Part shown: one piece after another, positions 17,549 through 28,789 of the stretch
Position numbering within the stretch: position 1 is the first letter of the stretch
Layout of the letters: each line of letters opens with the position of its first letter
Assembly: GCA_046482325.1 (NCBI GenBank)
Contig: JAWOFF010000107.1
Span: 1,244-65,243 of the forward strand
Direction: 5' to 3'
Origin: Desulfosalsimonadaceae bacterium
GTDB lineage: Bacteria > Desulfobacterota > Desulfobacteria > Desulfobacterales > Desulfosalsimonadaceae
DNA length: 64,000 bases
Made by a program: the position numbers and the translations under genes
The notes under the pieces: model-generated
What the model was told of the DNA's origin: nothing
The model's database searches: none
Seen by the model: only the letters and a program-made list of their open reading frames with translations

Positions 17549-18931
17549 TTATCTGTTTTTCTTCTGCATCCGGCGCAAAAACTCGACTCCGGTCTGCCAA
17601 ACGTTGCCCGCCCCCAGTGTCAGAACGATGTCTCCGTCCGCGGCGTTTCCCTCTAAAAAAGTCACAGCGTCGTCTATCGCGTCAAAACAGGATACATCCT
17701 TGTGGCCATGGTGGCGGACCCCGTCGGCCAGTCCGCAATGATCCACGCCCTTGATTTCGGCTTCGCCGGCCGGGTACACCGGCAGGAGCACCAGCTTATC
17801 GCACTCGTAGAAGGAGCGGGTAAAATCGTCGAAAAGAGCCTGTGTCCGGCTGTAGCGGTGGGGCTGGAACACCACGATCAGACGTTTTACCGACCAGCTT
17901 TTGCGTATGGCCTCGAGCGTCGTCTTGATTTCCGTTGGATGGTGGCCATAATCGTCAATTACTTTCACCCCCGCAGCCTCGCCCTTCTCTTCCAGCCGCC
18001 GCTGCACGCCCTCCACCTTCTCAAGCGCCGCACGGATGCGATCAAAGGAAACCTCAAGCTCCATCCCCACTGCGATACTTGCCAGGGCGTTATAGATGTT
18101 GTGGAGACCCGGCAGATTCAACTCCACCTCGCCTACCTCGCCCCCCCGGTTATATACGCGGAAACGGCTTTTGCGGGCCTCAAACGCCACGTCTCTTGCC
18201 TGGATATCGGCCTGGGCGCTCAAGCCATATGTAATGCAGCGCTTGCGGATAAATGGAATGATGTCCTGGACCGCTTCGTTGTCCAGACACAGCACCGCCA
18301 CCCCGTAGAAGGGCAGCCGGTCGATAAATTCCAGAAAAACCTTTTTGATGGCTTCCAGATCACCGTAGAAGTCCACATGCTCCAGATCAATATTTGTCAC
18401 CACCGCAATGGAGGGTGAAAACTTCAAAAAGGAGCCGTCGCTCTCGTCTGCTTCTGCCACGATAAAATCGCCCTGGCCCAGAACGGCGTTGGTATTGATC
18501 TGCTTGAGCTTGCCGCCGATTACAACCGTGGGGTCCAGGCCGCCTCCTGCCAGGACGCTGGCCAGCAGCGAGGTGGTTGAGGTCTTGCCGTGGGCGCCGG
18601 CCACGGCAACGCTGTATTTCAGCCTCATGAGCTCGGCCAGCATCTCCGCACGGGGTATGACAGGGATAGAGGCATCCATCGCCGCACGCACTTCCGGGTT
18701 GTCCCTGGAAATCGCGGAGGATGTCACCACCACGTCCACGCCCTCCACCTGGGCGGGGTGATGGCCCTGGTAAATCCTGCCGCCCAGTGCGGCCAGCCGC
18801 TCGGTTACATCTGAAGCCGCGATGTCGGAGCCGGATACCCGGTAGCCCAGATTCAGCAAAAGCTCGGCAATGCCGCTCATTCCAATACCGCCGATACCGA
18901 CGAAATAAATATGATACCTTTTGCGATACAT
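17549..18931 (-). CDS. murC: UDP-N-acetylmuramate--L-alanine ligase
   Basis: 460 aa with HIYFVGIGGIGMSGIAE and GAHGKTSTTS motifs. Confidence 0.95.
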   Translation of the reverse strand: MYRKRYHIYFVGIGGIGMSGIAELLLNLGYRVSGSDIAASDVTERLAALGGRIYQGHHPAQVEGVDVVVTSSAISRDNPEVRAAMDASIPVIPRAEMLAELMRLKYSVAVAGAHGKTSTTSLLASVLAGGGLDPTVVIGGKLKQINTNAVLGQGDFIVAEADESDGSFLKFSPSIAVVTNIDLEHVDFYGDLEAIKKVFLEFIDRLPFYGVAVLCLDNEAVQDIIPFIRKRCITYGLSAQADIQARDVAFEARKSRFRVYNRGGEVGEVELNLPGLHNIYNALASIAVGMELEVSFDRIRAALEKVEGVQRRLEEKGEAAGVKVIDDYGHHPTEIKTTLEAIRKSWSVKRLIVVFQPHRYSRTQALFDDFTRSFYECDKLVLLPVYPAGEAEIKGVDHCGLADGVRHHGHKDVSCFDAIDDAVTFLEGNAADGDIVLTLGAGNVWQTGVEFLRRMQKKNR

Positions 18932-18942
18932 AAACCTCTCCG

Positions 18943-20115
18943 CTATCCGCCCGCATCTCCGGATTTTTTTTGTTTTCCGCCCGGGCGGCCCCGCCCAAGG
19001 CAGTTCAGCATGTCTTCTGCTATGGCGCGCGCCGCATCCGGCCTGGCAAAAGCCCGCATCCGTTCCTGCATCTGCATACGGACGCCCTCCTCCCTTGCAT
19101 AATAGTTGATTCGGCCGGCCAAAAGGCGTCCGTCGGCGGCCTCCTGAGGGATCACCTCGGCTGCGCCCTCATCCTCCAGGGCTTTGGCGTTATAATACTG
19201 GTGATTGTCCGCAGCATAGGGATAAGGAATAAACACCGCAGGAATCCCGGCAGCCGCAACCTCGGCGACAGAGGTCGCCCCAGCCCGGCAGATGATAAAA
19301 TCAGCCGCTGCGTAGCAGGCGGCCATATCGTCGAAAAAAGCCTCCACCAAGGCGTCGATCCCGGCATCTTCATAGCCCTGCCGAACCATTTCCAGATCCG
19401 CCGTACCTGTTTGATGAATAAAGCGCATGGTTTCCGGCGATTTCAGACCGGGCAGCGCTGCAAGAGCCGCTGTATTGATTTTGTGCGCTCCCTGGCTGCC
19501 GCCTGCAATCAGAACATTAAACTTCTGCTTATCTTTTCCCGCTGCCTCTTTGCCGATATCACTGCGGATGGGATTTCCTGTAAAGCGGGTGTCTGCGCAG
19601 CGCTTTCCTGTCACCGTATCCGGAAAGGAAACATAGATCCGGTCGGCAAAACGGGCCAGCAACCGGTTGGTCATGCCGGCAATGCGGTTTTGCTCGTGTA
19701 CGGCCCGGAAAATGCGGGCCGCCCAGGCTGCAAGGATCACCGGCGCTGCGGAATATGCGCCCATCCCGAGGACAGCATCAGGTTTAAAACGCAAAAAAAT
19801 ACCAAACGAAGCCGCAAAACCAGCGGGCACCTTTATCAGCGCCAGCATTTTGGCTTTAAAGCCCACCCCCTTGAAACCGGCTGCAGCAATTTCCACTGTT
19901 TCATAGTCGGTCCGGGACAACACGCGCCTTTCAATGGGCCGCCCCGTGGTTACGAAAAGCACCCGGCTTTTCGGCAGCCTGCGCTTTATTGCATCCGCAA
20001 CAGCAATACCCGGGAACAGGTGCCCTCCAGTGCCGCCGCCTGCCACAATCAGGCGCAGACCCTGCAGCTCCTCGGGGCTTTGCTCAGTTCTATGTCCGTC
20101 TTCTGCTGTATTCAT
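18943..20115 (-). CDS. murG: undecaprenyldiphospho-muramoylpentapeptide beta-N-acetylglucosaminyltransferase
   Basis: 390 aa with the GGGTGGHLFPG motif. ATGA overlap with the ftsW stop. Confidence 0.95.
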   Translation of the reverse strand: MNTAEDGHRTEQSPEELQGLRLIVAGGGTGGHLFPGIAVADAIKRRLPKSRVLFVTTGRPIERRVLSRTDYETVEIAAAGFKGVGFKAKMLALIKVPAGFAASFGIFLRFKPDAVLGMGAYSAAPVILAAWAARIFRAVHEQNRIAGMTNRLLARFADRIYVSFPDTVTGKRCADTRFTGNPIRSDIGKEAAGKDKQKFNVLIAGGSQGAHKINTAALAALPGLKSPETMRFIHQTGTADLEMVRQGYEDAGIDALVEAFFDDMAACYAAADFIICRAGATSVAEVAAAGIPAVFIPYPYAADNHQYYNAKALEDEGAAEVIPQEAADGRLLAGRINYYAREEGVRMQMQERMRAFARPDAARAIAEDMLNCLGRGRPGGKQKKSGDAGG

Positions 20116-21266
20116 TTCTTACGTGAGAGTCCGATATTCATTAAGATTCCCACCAAAAGGAGATTGAAAAACAACGAACTGCCGCCGTAGCTTAGAAACG
20201 GCAGCGCCAGTCCCTTTGTGGGCAGCAGACTCAAATTGACGCCCATATTGACCACCGCCTGCAGGGCAATGGAAACCGTGATTCCCAGGGCAAGAAGGGA
20301 GCCGAAAAAATCCGGGCGGCTGCGCGCAATTTCAACGCCCCGCCACAGGATGATGATATAGAGGCTCAGGACAATAAGGATCCACAGCCATCCGCCTTCC
20401 TCACCGATTACAGAAAAGATAAAATCGGTATGCGGTGCGGGCAGATAAAAAAGCTTCTGATAGCCCTGGCCGAAACCCTTGCCCACAAGCCCCCCGGATC
20501 CAAAGGCCATAAGGGAATGAATGATCTGGTAGCCCTCGTCCAGCGGATACTTCCAGGGATCCAGAAAAGTCATATACCGCTTCAGCCGATACTGCGAGCT
20601 CATTATCAGATAGAGCACAAAGGGGGCCAGAACAAGAGAGCTCGCTGTCAGGTGTCTTACGCGGACCCGTCCTGCATACATAACAATCCATGTCAGCACC
20701 CACATGATCACCATGGAGCCGAAGTCCGGCTGAATCAGCACCAGGGCGGACAGAAGGCAGAGAATGAGCACATGGGGGAGAAAACCGATGTTTAGCTCAT
20801 CCACCCGCTCCTGCTTTTTGCTTAGCGAATAGGCCATGAAAACCACAAGCGCCATCTTGGCAAACTCCACAGGCTGAAAGCTTACCCCCCAGATCCGCAG
20901 CCAGCGGGTTGCGCCCCCGGCCGTCTGGCCCACCCCCTTTATCAGCACCGCCGACAAGCAGACGGTGGCAGCCAGCAGCAGCAGATAGGTCATGGGCCGG
21001 TAAATCCGGTAGGGGACAAAGCGCAGCACTATCATGCCCAGGCAGCCGAAGCCGGCAAAGAGAAGCTGTTTCTCAAAAAAATAGTATTCGTCGCCGAACT
21101 GTTTGAGCGCGATCTCACAGCTTGCGCTATAGACCATGGCCACCCCGATGCCCACCAGCAGCAGCACCGGAATCAAGAGGGCGTAATCGCAGACGGCAGC
21201 CCCTGGCTGCGTCCCCGTCGAACGCCGCTTTCCGCCCGAAGCTTTGTTTTTTTCAGAATCAGCCAT
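20112..21266 (-). CDS. ftsW: SEDS-family peptidoglycan glycosyltransferase FtsW
   Basis: FtsW/RodA/SpoVE family (LPFLSYGGSSL) in the dcw position. The start is set at ATG 21266 (MADSEKNK), overlapping the murD stop by 8 nt, instead of 21341. Confidence 0.9.
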   Translation of the reverse strand: MADSEKNKASGGKRRSTGTQPGAAVCDYALLIPVLLLVGIGVAMVYSASCEIALKQFGDEYYFFEKQLLFAGFGCLGMIVLRFVPYRIYRPMTYLLLLAATVCLSAVLIKGVGQTAGGATRWLRIWGVSFQPVEFAKMALVVFMAYSLSKKQERVDELNIGFLPHVLILCLLSALVLIQPDFGSMVIMWVLTWIVMYAGRVRVRHLTASSLVLAPFVLYLIMSSQYRLKRYMTFLDPWKYPLDEGYQIIHSLMAFGSGGLVGKGFGQGYQKLFYLPAPHTDFIFSVIGEEGGWLWILIVLSLYIIILWRGVEIARSRPDFFGSLLALGITVSIALQAVVNMGVNLSLLPTKGLALPFLSYGGSSLFFNLLLVGILMNIGLSRKK

Positions 21267-22632
21267 GTGCGCGCGCCTCCATCTTTCGGACGCATGCAAT
21301 AAAATCGTCACCCCTGCGGGCATAGCTTTCATACATATCAAAGCTTGCGCAGGCCGGCGAAAGCAGCACGGTATCCCCGGCTTCTCCCAGGGCGGCCGAT
21401 GTGCGAACGGCTTCAGCCATATCCGCAGCCCGGCTGACCGGCGCTTTTTCGTCCAGCTCGTTCTCGATTGCGCCTGCAGCTTCTCCCATCACGATTAAAT
21501 GTTTCACACGTCCCGGCAGCAGTGGTTTGAGCTCGGCGTACCCTCCACCTTTCTCCCGCCCTCCCATAATAAGAATCACCGGTGTGGAAAAGGATTCCAG
21601 CGCCCGAACCACAGCGTTCACATTGGTGGCCTTGGAATCGTCTATGTAGGCGACCCCCTTTATGACCTCCACCGGCGACATGCGATGGGAAAGCCCGTGA
21701 AAGCCCTGCACCGTTTTTTCAATGCTCTCCGCGGAAACGCCCGCGGCTGCGGCGGCCAGACCGGCGGCAGCAATGTTTTCCCGGTTGTGAGCCCCGATCA
21801 GCGGGATATGACTGCAATCAAGGAAATACGGCTTGCGCCGCGGAAGGCAAAACCGAATCCGGCTGTCCTCCTGGAAGGCTGCTGCCCGGCTGTTTTCCGA
21901 GCGTGCATAGCCCAGCACCCGGGCCTCTATCTGCGGGATAAGCCCTGCCGCGGCAGGGTCTTCCAGGTTGAGCACGGCGGTATCAGAGGCTTTCTGATTT
22001 TCAAAAATCCGCGCCTTGGACGCGACATAGGCAGAAAAATCCGTGTACCGGTCAAGGTGATCGGCTGTAATGTTTAACAGCAGCGCCACATGGGGGCGGA
22101 ATGAAACGATGGTGTCCAGCTGAAAACTGCTTAGCTCAACCACGGCAAAATCGGCCGCTTCCTGCTGATCTGCGTAGGCAATAAGGGGAGTGCCCAGGTT
22201 TCCGCCCACAAACACCGTAAACCCTGCATCCTCCAGCATCTGCCCGGCAAGCAGCGTTGTTGTTGATTTTCCGTTGGTTCCGGTTACCGCGATAATCGGT
22301 GTCCGGATAAAACGGCAGGCCAGCTCGATTTCCCCGATGACCGGCACGCCTTTTTGCGCTGCCCGTTCAAACGGCTCCATTGTGTGATCAACGCCCGGAC
22401 TCACGACGATCATATCAGCGGACTGCATGCAACCTTCCGGATGAGCGCCCAGTTCCATGGAAATGTCCGCGCCTTCGAGATCCGAAAGATCAGACAGGGC
22501 TTCTTGCAGGCTTTCCGGTGGCGCGCTGTCTGTCACCGTGATCCTGGCGCCCCGACGGGCAAGAAAGCGCACAACCGCGCGGCCTGTACTCCCGAGCCCC
22601 ACCACGACGATATGTTTGCCTGCAGTATCCAA
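21259..22632 (-). CDS. murD: UDP-N-acetylmuramoylalanine--D-glutamate ligase
   Basis: 457 aa with VVGLGSTGRAV and TGTNGKSTTT motifs. Confidence 0.95.
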   Translation of the reverse strand: MDTAGKHIVVVGLGSTGRAVVRFLARRGARITVTDSAPPESLQEALSDLSDLEGADISMELGAHPEGCMQSADMIVVSPGVDHTMEPFERAAQKGVPVIGEIELACRFIRTPIIAVTGTNGKSTTTLLAGQMLEDAGFTVFVGGNLGTPLIAYADQQEAADFAVVELSSFQLDTIVSFRPHVALLLNITADHLDRYTDFSAYVASKARIFENQKASDTAVLNLEDPAAAGLIPQIEARVLGYARSENSRAAAFQEDSRIRFCLPRRKPYFLDCSHIPLIGAHNRENIAAAGLAAAAAGVSAESIEKTVQGFHGLSHRMSPVEVIKGVAYIDDSKATNVNAVVRALESFSTPVILIMGGREKGGGYAELKPLLPGRVKHLIVMGEAAGAIENELDEKAPVSRAADMAEAVRTSAALGEAGDTVLLSPACASFDMYESYARRGDDFIACVRKMEARAHG

Positions 22633-22640
22633 TTGCCAGC

Positions 22641-23720
22641 CTATCTAAGCTTCAGTGTACTGATTGCAATAAGCGCCATAAGAATCGAAACAATCCAGAA
22701 CCGCACAATTACCTTGGCCTCCGGCCAGCCTTTTAGCTCAAAATGATGATGGAGCGGCGCCATAAGAAAAATCCGCCGGCCCCCGCTCATCTTGAAATAG
22801 CCTACCTGAACAATGACCGAGAGCGCCTCCACAACAAAAATACCGCCCACAATCATCATGAGGATCTCCTGCTTGGTGATAACTGCAACAGTGCCGAGAA
22901 CTGCGCCCAAAGGCAGCGAACCCACGTCGCCCATAAAAACCTCTGCCGGATAGGTGTTAAACCAGAGAAAGCCCATTCCTGCCCCTGCAATGGCCCCGCA
23001 GATGATGGTAACCTCTCCGCTGCCATGGACGTAGGGAATCTGCAGATATTCGGCGATCCGGCTGTGACCGGCCACGTAAGCAAAAAGCATGTAGGTTGCC
23101 GCCGCTATGACCACGGGCCCGATTGCCAGCCCGTCCAGCCCGTCCGTAAGATTGACCGCATTGGACGTTCCCACAATAACAAGGGCGGCAAAGACTACAT
23201 AGCCAACCCCCAGGTCCGGGCGAAAGGTCTTAAAGAAGGGCACGGTCACACAGGAGTCAAAATCCGGACTTATATAGATCAGGGCCCCTGCGCTGACAGC
23301 CACCAGAAACTGAAAAAGCAGCTTCTCTCTGCCGGAGAGGCCCCGGTTCCGCTTTTGAATCTGCTTGAGGTAATCATCCGTGAAACCTATGGCGAAATAG
23401 CCGCAGGCTACCAGGAGTATGATCCATATATAAGAGTTTCGCAGATCCACCCAGAGAAGGACTCCCGCCAGAATAGCCGCCATAATCAGAACCCCTCCCA
23501 TTGTAGGCGTGCCTGCCTTGTCCTGATGGGCCTCAGGGCCCGCGCGCCGGATGTACTGTCCGATCTGCTTTTCACTGAGCTTGCCTATCACCCAGGGGCC
23601 CAGCAGAAAACAGATCAGAAACGCCGTAAGGCTCGCATAAATGGTGCGGAAGGTAATATAGCGAAATACATTAAAGGCAGATATGTCCGCATGCAGGGAA
23701 AACAGGAGATGATACAGCAT
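22641..23720 (-). CDS. mraY: phospho-N-acetylmuramoyl-pentapeptide transferase
   Basis: 359 aa polytopic membrane protein with [13 protein letters not shown] and APLHHHFE motifs. Confidence 0.95.
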   Translation of the reverse strand: MLYHLLFSLHADISAFNVFRYITFRTIYASLTAFLICFLLGPWVIGKLSEKQIGQYIRRAGPEAHQDKAGTPTMGGVLIMAAILAGVLLWVDLRNSYIWIILLVACGYFAIGFTDDYLKQIQKRNRGLSGREKLLFQFLVAVSAGALIYISPDFDSCVTVPFFKTFRPDLGVGYVVFAALVIVGTSNAVNLTDGLDGLAIGPVVIAAATYMLFAYVAGHSRIAEYLQIPYVHGSGEVTIICGAIAGAGMGFLWFNTYPAEVFMGDVGSLPLGAVLGTVAVITKQEILMMIVGGIFVVEALSVIVQVGYFKMSGGRRIFLMAPLHHHFELKGWPEAKVIVRFWIVSILMALIAISTLKLR

Positions 23721-23722
23721 AA

Positions 23723-25159
23723 TCAGACACTTCCCTCTGTAGTTGAAAAAGGCTCCCGCTGAACGAGCGCTTTTGCGATCTCATCCATGCCGGTGCTGCG
23801 CGAGCCTTTCACCAGCACCCAGTCGCCAGGGGCCAGCTCCCGGCAGAGCCTGTTGAAAATCTCGTCTTTGCTGCCCGCAAAAACAACTCCCGCATCCATT
23901 CCTCCAGCCCTTGCGCCGCCGGCAAAATCTCCGGCAAAATCTCCGCTTGTTAACAAGTGGTCCACGCCCATAAGCGCCGCCTGGCGGCCAGCCTCGTAAT
24001 GAAGCGCGGCGGCCCCCTCCCCGAGCTCCAGCATATCTCCCGCGACCAGAAAAGTCCTACCGCCTGCCCTGGCAGCAGTAAGCACCTCGATGGCCGCCTT
24101 CATGGATGCCGGATTGGCATTATAGGCATCGTCGATCACGTGTATTCCCCGGGCGGTAAGATTGTGGGCCATTCTGCCGCCAAGCGGCCGGAAACTCTCA
24201 AGCCCCGCTTTTACTGCCTCCCCGGAAACTCCAAGCACATAAGCGGTTCCTGCAGCCGCCAGCGCGTTGGAAACCATATGACGGCCCGGCACCTGCAGGG
24301 CTACCGCGACAGAGCAGCCCGGCAAAATGAGTTCAAACGCGCTGGCCGTACCCCTTTGCTCCACGGATTCTGCCCTCACATGGGCTTTTGCAGAGAACCC
24401 GAACCAGCATATGCGGTTTTGTGTTTTCCGGGAGAGGCGCTCTGCGTAAGCATCGTCAGCATTTAATACCACCGTACCGGAGGGCCGCACATGCTCAAAA
24501 AGCTCGGCTTTGGCTGCCATTACCTGGTCTACGCCCCTTACCCCCTCCAGGTGGGCCGGTCCGATATTGGTGATTACACCTACGTCAGGCTCGCTGATCT
24601 CGGCAAGCCCCCGGATCTCGCCCGGATGATTCATGCCAAGCTCGACAATGGCGGTTCGATGCGTGCAATCCAGCCGCAGAAGGGTAAGCGGCAGGCCGAT
24701 CTCGTTGTTCAGGTTGCCCCGGGTGAAAATGATATTGCGCTCCCGGCCCAGAATGGCCGCAACAAGCTCCTTTGTGGTGGTTTTGCCGTTAGAGCCTGTA
24801 ATCGCGGCAACCTGCACCTCCAGCCGCCTGCGGTGAAAGCTGGCCAGCTCGCCCAGCGCCTGGATGGTATCATCCACCAGAATGCAGCAGCCGCCGCTGC
24901 GCGCCCATTGGACAAGCATCCCGTGATCTGGCGGGACATCCTCCACGATGAGGCCTTTTATCCCTGTATTCATAAGCTTCGGTATAAAGGCGTGGCCGTC
25001 ATAGCGTTCTCCCTTGACGGCAACAAACACCTGATCCCTGGAGATAACGCGAGAATCGATGCAGATGCCCGAAAAAACGCCCTCCGGGGAGCCGGCCACA
25101 AGGGCGCCGCCCGTAGCTGCCAAAAGATCATTGATATGCCAGTTGTCCCTTTTCTGCAT
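23723..25159 (-). CDS. murF: UDP-N-acetylmuramoyl-tripeptide--D-alanyl-D-alanine ligase
   Basis: 478 aa with a [11 protein letters not shown] motif, in the dcw position. Confidence 0.95.
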   Translation of the reverse strand: MQKRDNWHINDLLAATGGALVAGSPEGVFSGICIDSRVISRDQVFVAVKGERYDGHAFIPKLMNTGIKGLIVEDVPPDHGMLVQWARSGGCCILVDDTIQALGELASFHRRRLEVQVAAITGSNGKTTTKELVAAILGRERNIIFTRGNLNNEIGLPLTLLRLDCTHRTAIVELGMNHPGEIRGLAEISEPDVGVITNIGPAHLEGVRGVDQVMAAKAELFEHVRPSGTVVLNADDAYAERLSRKTQNRICWFGFSAKAHVRAESVEQRGTASAFELILPGCSVAVALQVPGRHMVSNALAAAGTAYVLGVSGEAVKAGLESFRPLGGRMAHNLTARGIHVIDDAYNANPASMKAAIEVLTAARAGGRTFLVAGDMLELGEGAAALHYEAGRQAALMGVDHLLTSGDFAGDFAGGARAGGMDAGVVFAGSKDEIFNRLCRELAPGDWVLVKGSRSTGMDEIAKALVQREPFSTTEGSV

Positions 25160-26709
25160 CAGTTCATCGAAAGTGCGCGTATGGCGGTTTCCCGGTCATC
25201 AAAGGGCAGAACTTGGCTGCCCACGAGCTGATAGTCTTCATGGCCTTTCCCGGCAATAAGAACGCAGTCGCCCGGCTCTGCCGCCTGTATAGCCAGGAAA
25301 ATGCCTTTTTCCCGGTCCGGCTCAATTGCGTATCCGGCTTCTGCAGCCTTTGCGGATCTGAGATGCGCCGGGGAAAAACGCCGCTGCATAACCCGGCTAA
25401 CCCCGCCTTCGATGGCCGCGATAATCTGCATGGGAGATTCACTGCGGGGGTTATCCGAGGTGATCAGCGCGATATCGCTCATCTTTGCCGCAATCTCCCC
25501 CATTTTCGGCCGTTTGCCCGGGTCCCTGTCCCCTCCGCAGCCGAAAACGCAGATAATCCGGCCGGTAATAATGCGGCCGAGGGTGTCGAGCACATTTTCC
25601 AGCGCAGCAGGCGTATGGGCATAATCCACGAACACGTGCCGGCCGGTTGCATCCGAAATCCGCTCCAGCCGTCCGGGAACAGAGGAAAAGCTGCAAAGAG
25701 CCTTTCCAATCACCGAAGGTGCGATGCCCAGGGCTACTCCGGCAGCGGCGGCACAAAGCAGATTTTCCAGGTTAAACCGCCCAACAAGTCCGGAACTAAT
25801 GTATATGGCCCCCGCCGGCGTCTGAATGCAGAGGTCAATTCCTTCCGGGCCAAAGGAGACGTTTTCCGGATATACGCTGTGATTGCTATCCATTCCCACT
25901 TGCATCTGCAGACAGTCGTGCGGAGCTGCGGCCGCCATGGCCGGGCCCGCCGGATCGGACATATTGATCACGGCAGCACATGCTGCCCGCTCTTGTCTCT
26001 GCCGGAGTAAATCTTTGAACAGCAGCTTTTTGGCATCCCTGTAAGCATCCATATCCGAGTGAAAATCCAGGTGATCCCGGCTCAGATTGCTGAATATCCC
26101 CGCATCGAACCCGCATCCCCGCACCCTGTCCAGCGCCAGGCCGTGGGAGGAAACCTCCATTACCACATGGCTGACCCCGGCCGTATGCATATCCGCCAGG
26201 ATCCGCTGCAGGTCTGTTGCCTCCGGCGTTGTCAGGGAATTTTCCCACACCTTTCCACCGTATCTGCAGTTAATCGTTCCAATAACACCGGGCCGGGCAC
26301 CGCCTGCAGCCAGGATATGCTCCAGCAGATAAGCGATCGTGGTTTTCCCGTTTGTGCCGGTAATTCCGATCATAACCATCTTTTCAGAAGGGCTGCCAAA
26401 AAAGCTGGATGCAAGCTGTCCCAGAGCCCTGCGGGAGCTGGCAACCCTGAAAAAAACAGTCCCCGAGGGGACATCCGCCTCCTTCTCCGCTACGATCGCG
26501 CAGGCACCCCGGGATACGGCATCAGCTATAAAATCATGGCCGTCCGCATTCGTACCCTGTATGGCCACAAAAATACTGCCGGGTTCCACTCTGTCTGAGC
26601 GGTGCTCCACAGAGGCAACCTCTCTGTCTTCTCGGCCTGCCACGGGAAAACGGCTGTTTTCCCGGTCCATAAGCGATAAAATAGACTGCATGCAGGCACT
26701 CAGCTTCAT
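25159..26709 (-). CDS. murE: UDP-N-acetylmuramoyl-L-alanyl-D-glutamate--2,6-diaminopimelate ligase
   Basis: 516 aa with a GITGTNGKTT motif. DNPRSE near the C-terminus is typical of DAP-adding MurE. Confidence 0.95.
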   Translation of the reverse strand: MKLSACMQSILSLMDRENSRFPVAGREDREVASVEHRSDRVEPGSIFVAIQGTNADGHDFIADAVSRGACAIVAEKEADVPSGTVFFRVASSRRALGQLASSFFGSPSEKMVMIGITGTNGKTTIAYLLEHILAAGGARPGVIGTINCRYGGKVWENSLTTPEATDLQRILADMHTAGVSHVVMEVSSHGLALDRVRGCGFDAGIFSNLSRDHLDFHSDMDAYRDAKKLLFKDLLRQRQERAACAAVINMSDPAGPAMAAAAPHDCLQMQVGMDSNHSVYPENVSFGPEGIDLCIQTPAGAIYISSGLVGRFNLENLLCAAAAGVALGIAPSVIGKALCSFSSVPGRLERISDATGRHVFVDYAHTPAALENVLDTLGRIITGRIICVFGCGGDRDPGKRPKMGEIAAKMSDIALITSDNPRSESPMQIIAAIEGGVSRVMQRRFSPAHLRSAKAAEAGYAIEPDREKGIFLAIQAAEPGDCVLIAGKGHEDYQLVGSQVLPFDDRETAIRALSMN

Positions 26710-28460
26710 GCTCCCGGCTCCCGGCTCTTTACAGCCAAGTCATAATGTCTGTCTTTGTGATGCGGCGGCACATCCATGTAATTGAAAGCCTCCAGAATAA
26801 TGCTTCGGAATGCGGGCGCCGCCACTACCCCGCCGAAATGCTGCTTCCGGGGTTCGTTTACAACCACCAGAGCGGCCAGCTCAGGTTCGTCCTTGGGAGA
26901 AAACCCGACAAATACGGCATTGTACTCGCAGTTTTCATAAGTGCCTTCATCAGTTAGCTTCTGGGCGGTCCCGGTTTTGCCGCAAACCGGATAGCCCGCA
27001 GGAACCGCCTTGCTGCCGGTGCCTTCGCTGCTGGTAGCGGCAAACATCATGGATTTGAGCTGTTCCGCTGTATCCACGGATATGGCACGCCCCCTGTTTT
27101 CAGGCTCCAGACTCTCAAGCACCTTTCCGTTCTCATCGGTTATTGCCCTGACCATGCGGGGCTTCATTAGAATTCCGCGATTGGCGATAGCGGAGACGGC
27201 GCTTATCAATTGTACGGCAGAAACCGAAACTCCCTGACCAAAGGCGATATTGGCGCGATCAATAGTACGCCAGTTCTGATAATGGCGTAGCCGGCCCGAA
27301 GTTTCACCGGGGCAGTCTATTCCGGTTTTCTGCCCGAACCCGAAATCCTTCAGGGTCTTGTAGAGGCTCTCCGCGCCTGTTTTTTCCGCAATCTTGGCGG
27401 CCCCTATATTGCTGGAGTACTTGACTACTTCCCTAAGGGGGAGCATCTCATGGGGATGGATATCTTTAATTACATGGCCGCCGGTGCGGTACCTTCCGTC
27501 TTCGCAGTCAATAAGCGTATGCGGAGAAAGCCTGCCGGATTCCAGGGCAGCGCCGATGGTAAAAATTTTCATTGCGGATCCGGGTTCAAAGGGATCGGTT
27601 ATGGCCCGGTTCCGCCACCGGTATCGGGGATAGTCGCTAAAGGAGTTGGGATTAAAGGTCGGATAATGGGCAATAGCGCGTATCGCTCCGGTGCCGGGAA
27701 CCATTACCACCGCCAGCCCGGATCGGGCGCGGTATTTCTTTACCGCGGCTTCAAGCGCGTTTTCCGTGATGTACTGAATGTTTGCATCAATGGTCAGGAC
27801 CACGTTCCTGCCTGTTTCACGGGATGAGCTTTCGACTTCCCGGTAAAAAATACGGCCTATGGCGTCCTTTGCAATTGTGCACTGCTTTTTCTCGCCCTGC
27901 AAGTAGTCGTTGTAATAATATTCCAGCCCCTCCAGTCCGCCTCCCTCCACGCCGGTAAAACCCAAAACCTGGGCTGCAAGGCTTTTGTTCGGATACAGCC
28001 GGCTGAAACCGGGAATGTATTCCAGCCCCTCAATCGCCAGTGATTTCAACTTTTCCGCCTGCATTGATGAGACTTTACGGTCCAGCCATACAAAGGCTGT
28101 ATCGCGGCCAAGCTTTCTTTTAACTGAACTCCGGCTTAGATCAAGGGTGTCCGCAATTTTCCCCGAGGCGCCGCCGGGGGAATCCACGGCTTCGGGGTGG
28201 GCTCCCACAGCGACCGTGCGCATACTCACCGCAAGTTCCTTCATATTCACGTCATAAATCGTCCCCCTCCTTCCATCAGCCTGCACCGCCCTTTTGCATT
28301 CTCCTGAAGCCAGCCGGGACAAATCCGTGTCTTGAACAACCTGCACGTAGAATGCTTTCAGGCCGATAATAAGATAGCAAAGGGTAAACAGCACCCCCAC
28401 TACCATGATCCGGCAGTTGCGCCGCCTGATGCGTTCTCCGGTGATCTTGTTCTGCTTCAT
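26706..28460 (-). CDS. ftsI: penicillin-binding protein 3-type transpeptidase FtsI
   Basis: 584 aa with an N-terminal TM helix and SAMK (SxxK), SSN and KTGT motifs. Confidence 0.9.
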   Translation of the reverse strand: MKQNKITGERIRRRNCRIMVVGVLFTLCYLIIGLKAFYVQVVQDTDLSRLASGECKRAVQADGRRGTIYDVNMKELAVSMRTVAVGAHPEAVDSPGGASGKIADTLDLSRSSVKRKLGRDTAFVWLDRKVSSMQAEKLKSLAIEGLEYIPGFSRLYPNKSLAAQVLGFTGVEGGGLEGLEYYYNDYLQGEKKQCTIAKDAIGRIFYREVESSSRETGRNVVLTIDANIQYITENALEAAVKKYRARSGLAVVMVPGTGAIRAIAHYPTFNPNSFSDYPRYRWRNRAITDPFEPGSAMKIFTIGAALESGRLSPHTLIDCEDGRYRTGGHVIKDIHPHEMLPLREVVKYSSNIGAAKIAEKTGAESLYKTLKDFGFGQKTGIDCPGETSGRLRHYQNWRTIDRANIAFGQGVSVSAVQLISAVSAIANRGILMKPRMVRAITDENGKVLESLEPENRGRAISVDTAEQLKSMMFAATSSEGTGSKAVPAGYPVCGKTGTAQKLTDEGTYENCEYNAVFVGFSPKDEPELAALVVVNEPRKQHFGGVVAAPAFRSIILEAFNYMDVPPHHKDRHYDLAVKSREPGA

Positions 28461-28786
28461 GGCAGCACCACCATTTGTTCCGGCTCAGGGGTTCTCAGAT
28501 TAAACTGCCGGGCCGCCGCCCTGCTCAGGCTCTGGGGGGCAGTCAGCCTGGCCAGCTCGACCTGCAGGCTTTTCTGCATTTCCAGGAGCTCCTCCTGCCG
28601 CTTCTCGGCTGCGGTGATTTCATAACCGGTACGGATGCACTGTACCCCGCACCAGGTGTGAAAAAAAAACTCGACAAGAAAAATCAGGAGGAGCAGCAGA
28701 AACATCCGGACGAGCCCGGGGCTCAAGCGGGTGGATGGGGATTTTTTGTTTGTTTTCAGATTGCCCGCCACAGCCATGCCCCCCAT
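28457..28786 (-). CDS. ftsL: FtsL-like cell division protein
   Basis: 109 aa, single TM helix followed by a coiled-coil segment, located between rsmH and ftsI. Confidence 0.75.
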   Translation of the reverse strand: MGGMAVAGNLKTNKKSPSTRLSPGLVRMFLLLLLIFLVEFFFHTWCGVQCIRTGYEITAAEKRQEELLEMQKSLQVELARLTAPQSLSRAAARQFNLRTPEPEQMVVLP

Positions 28787-28789
28787 TGA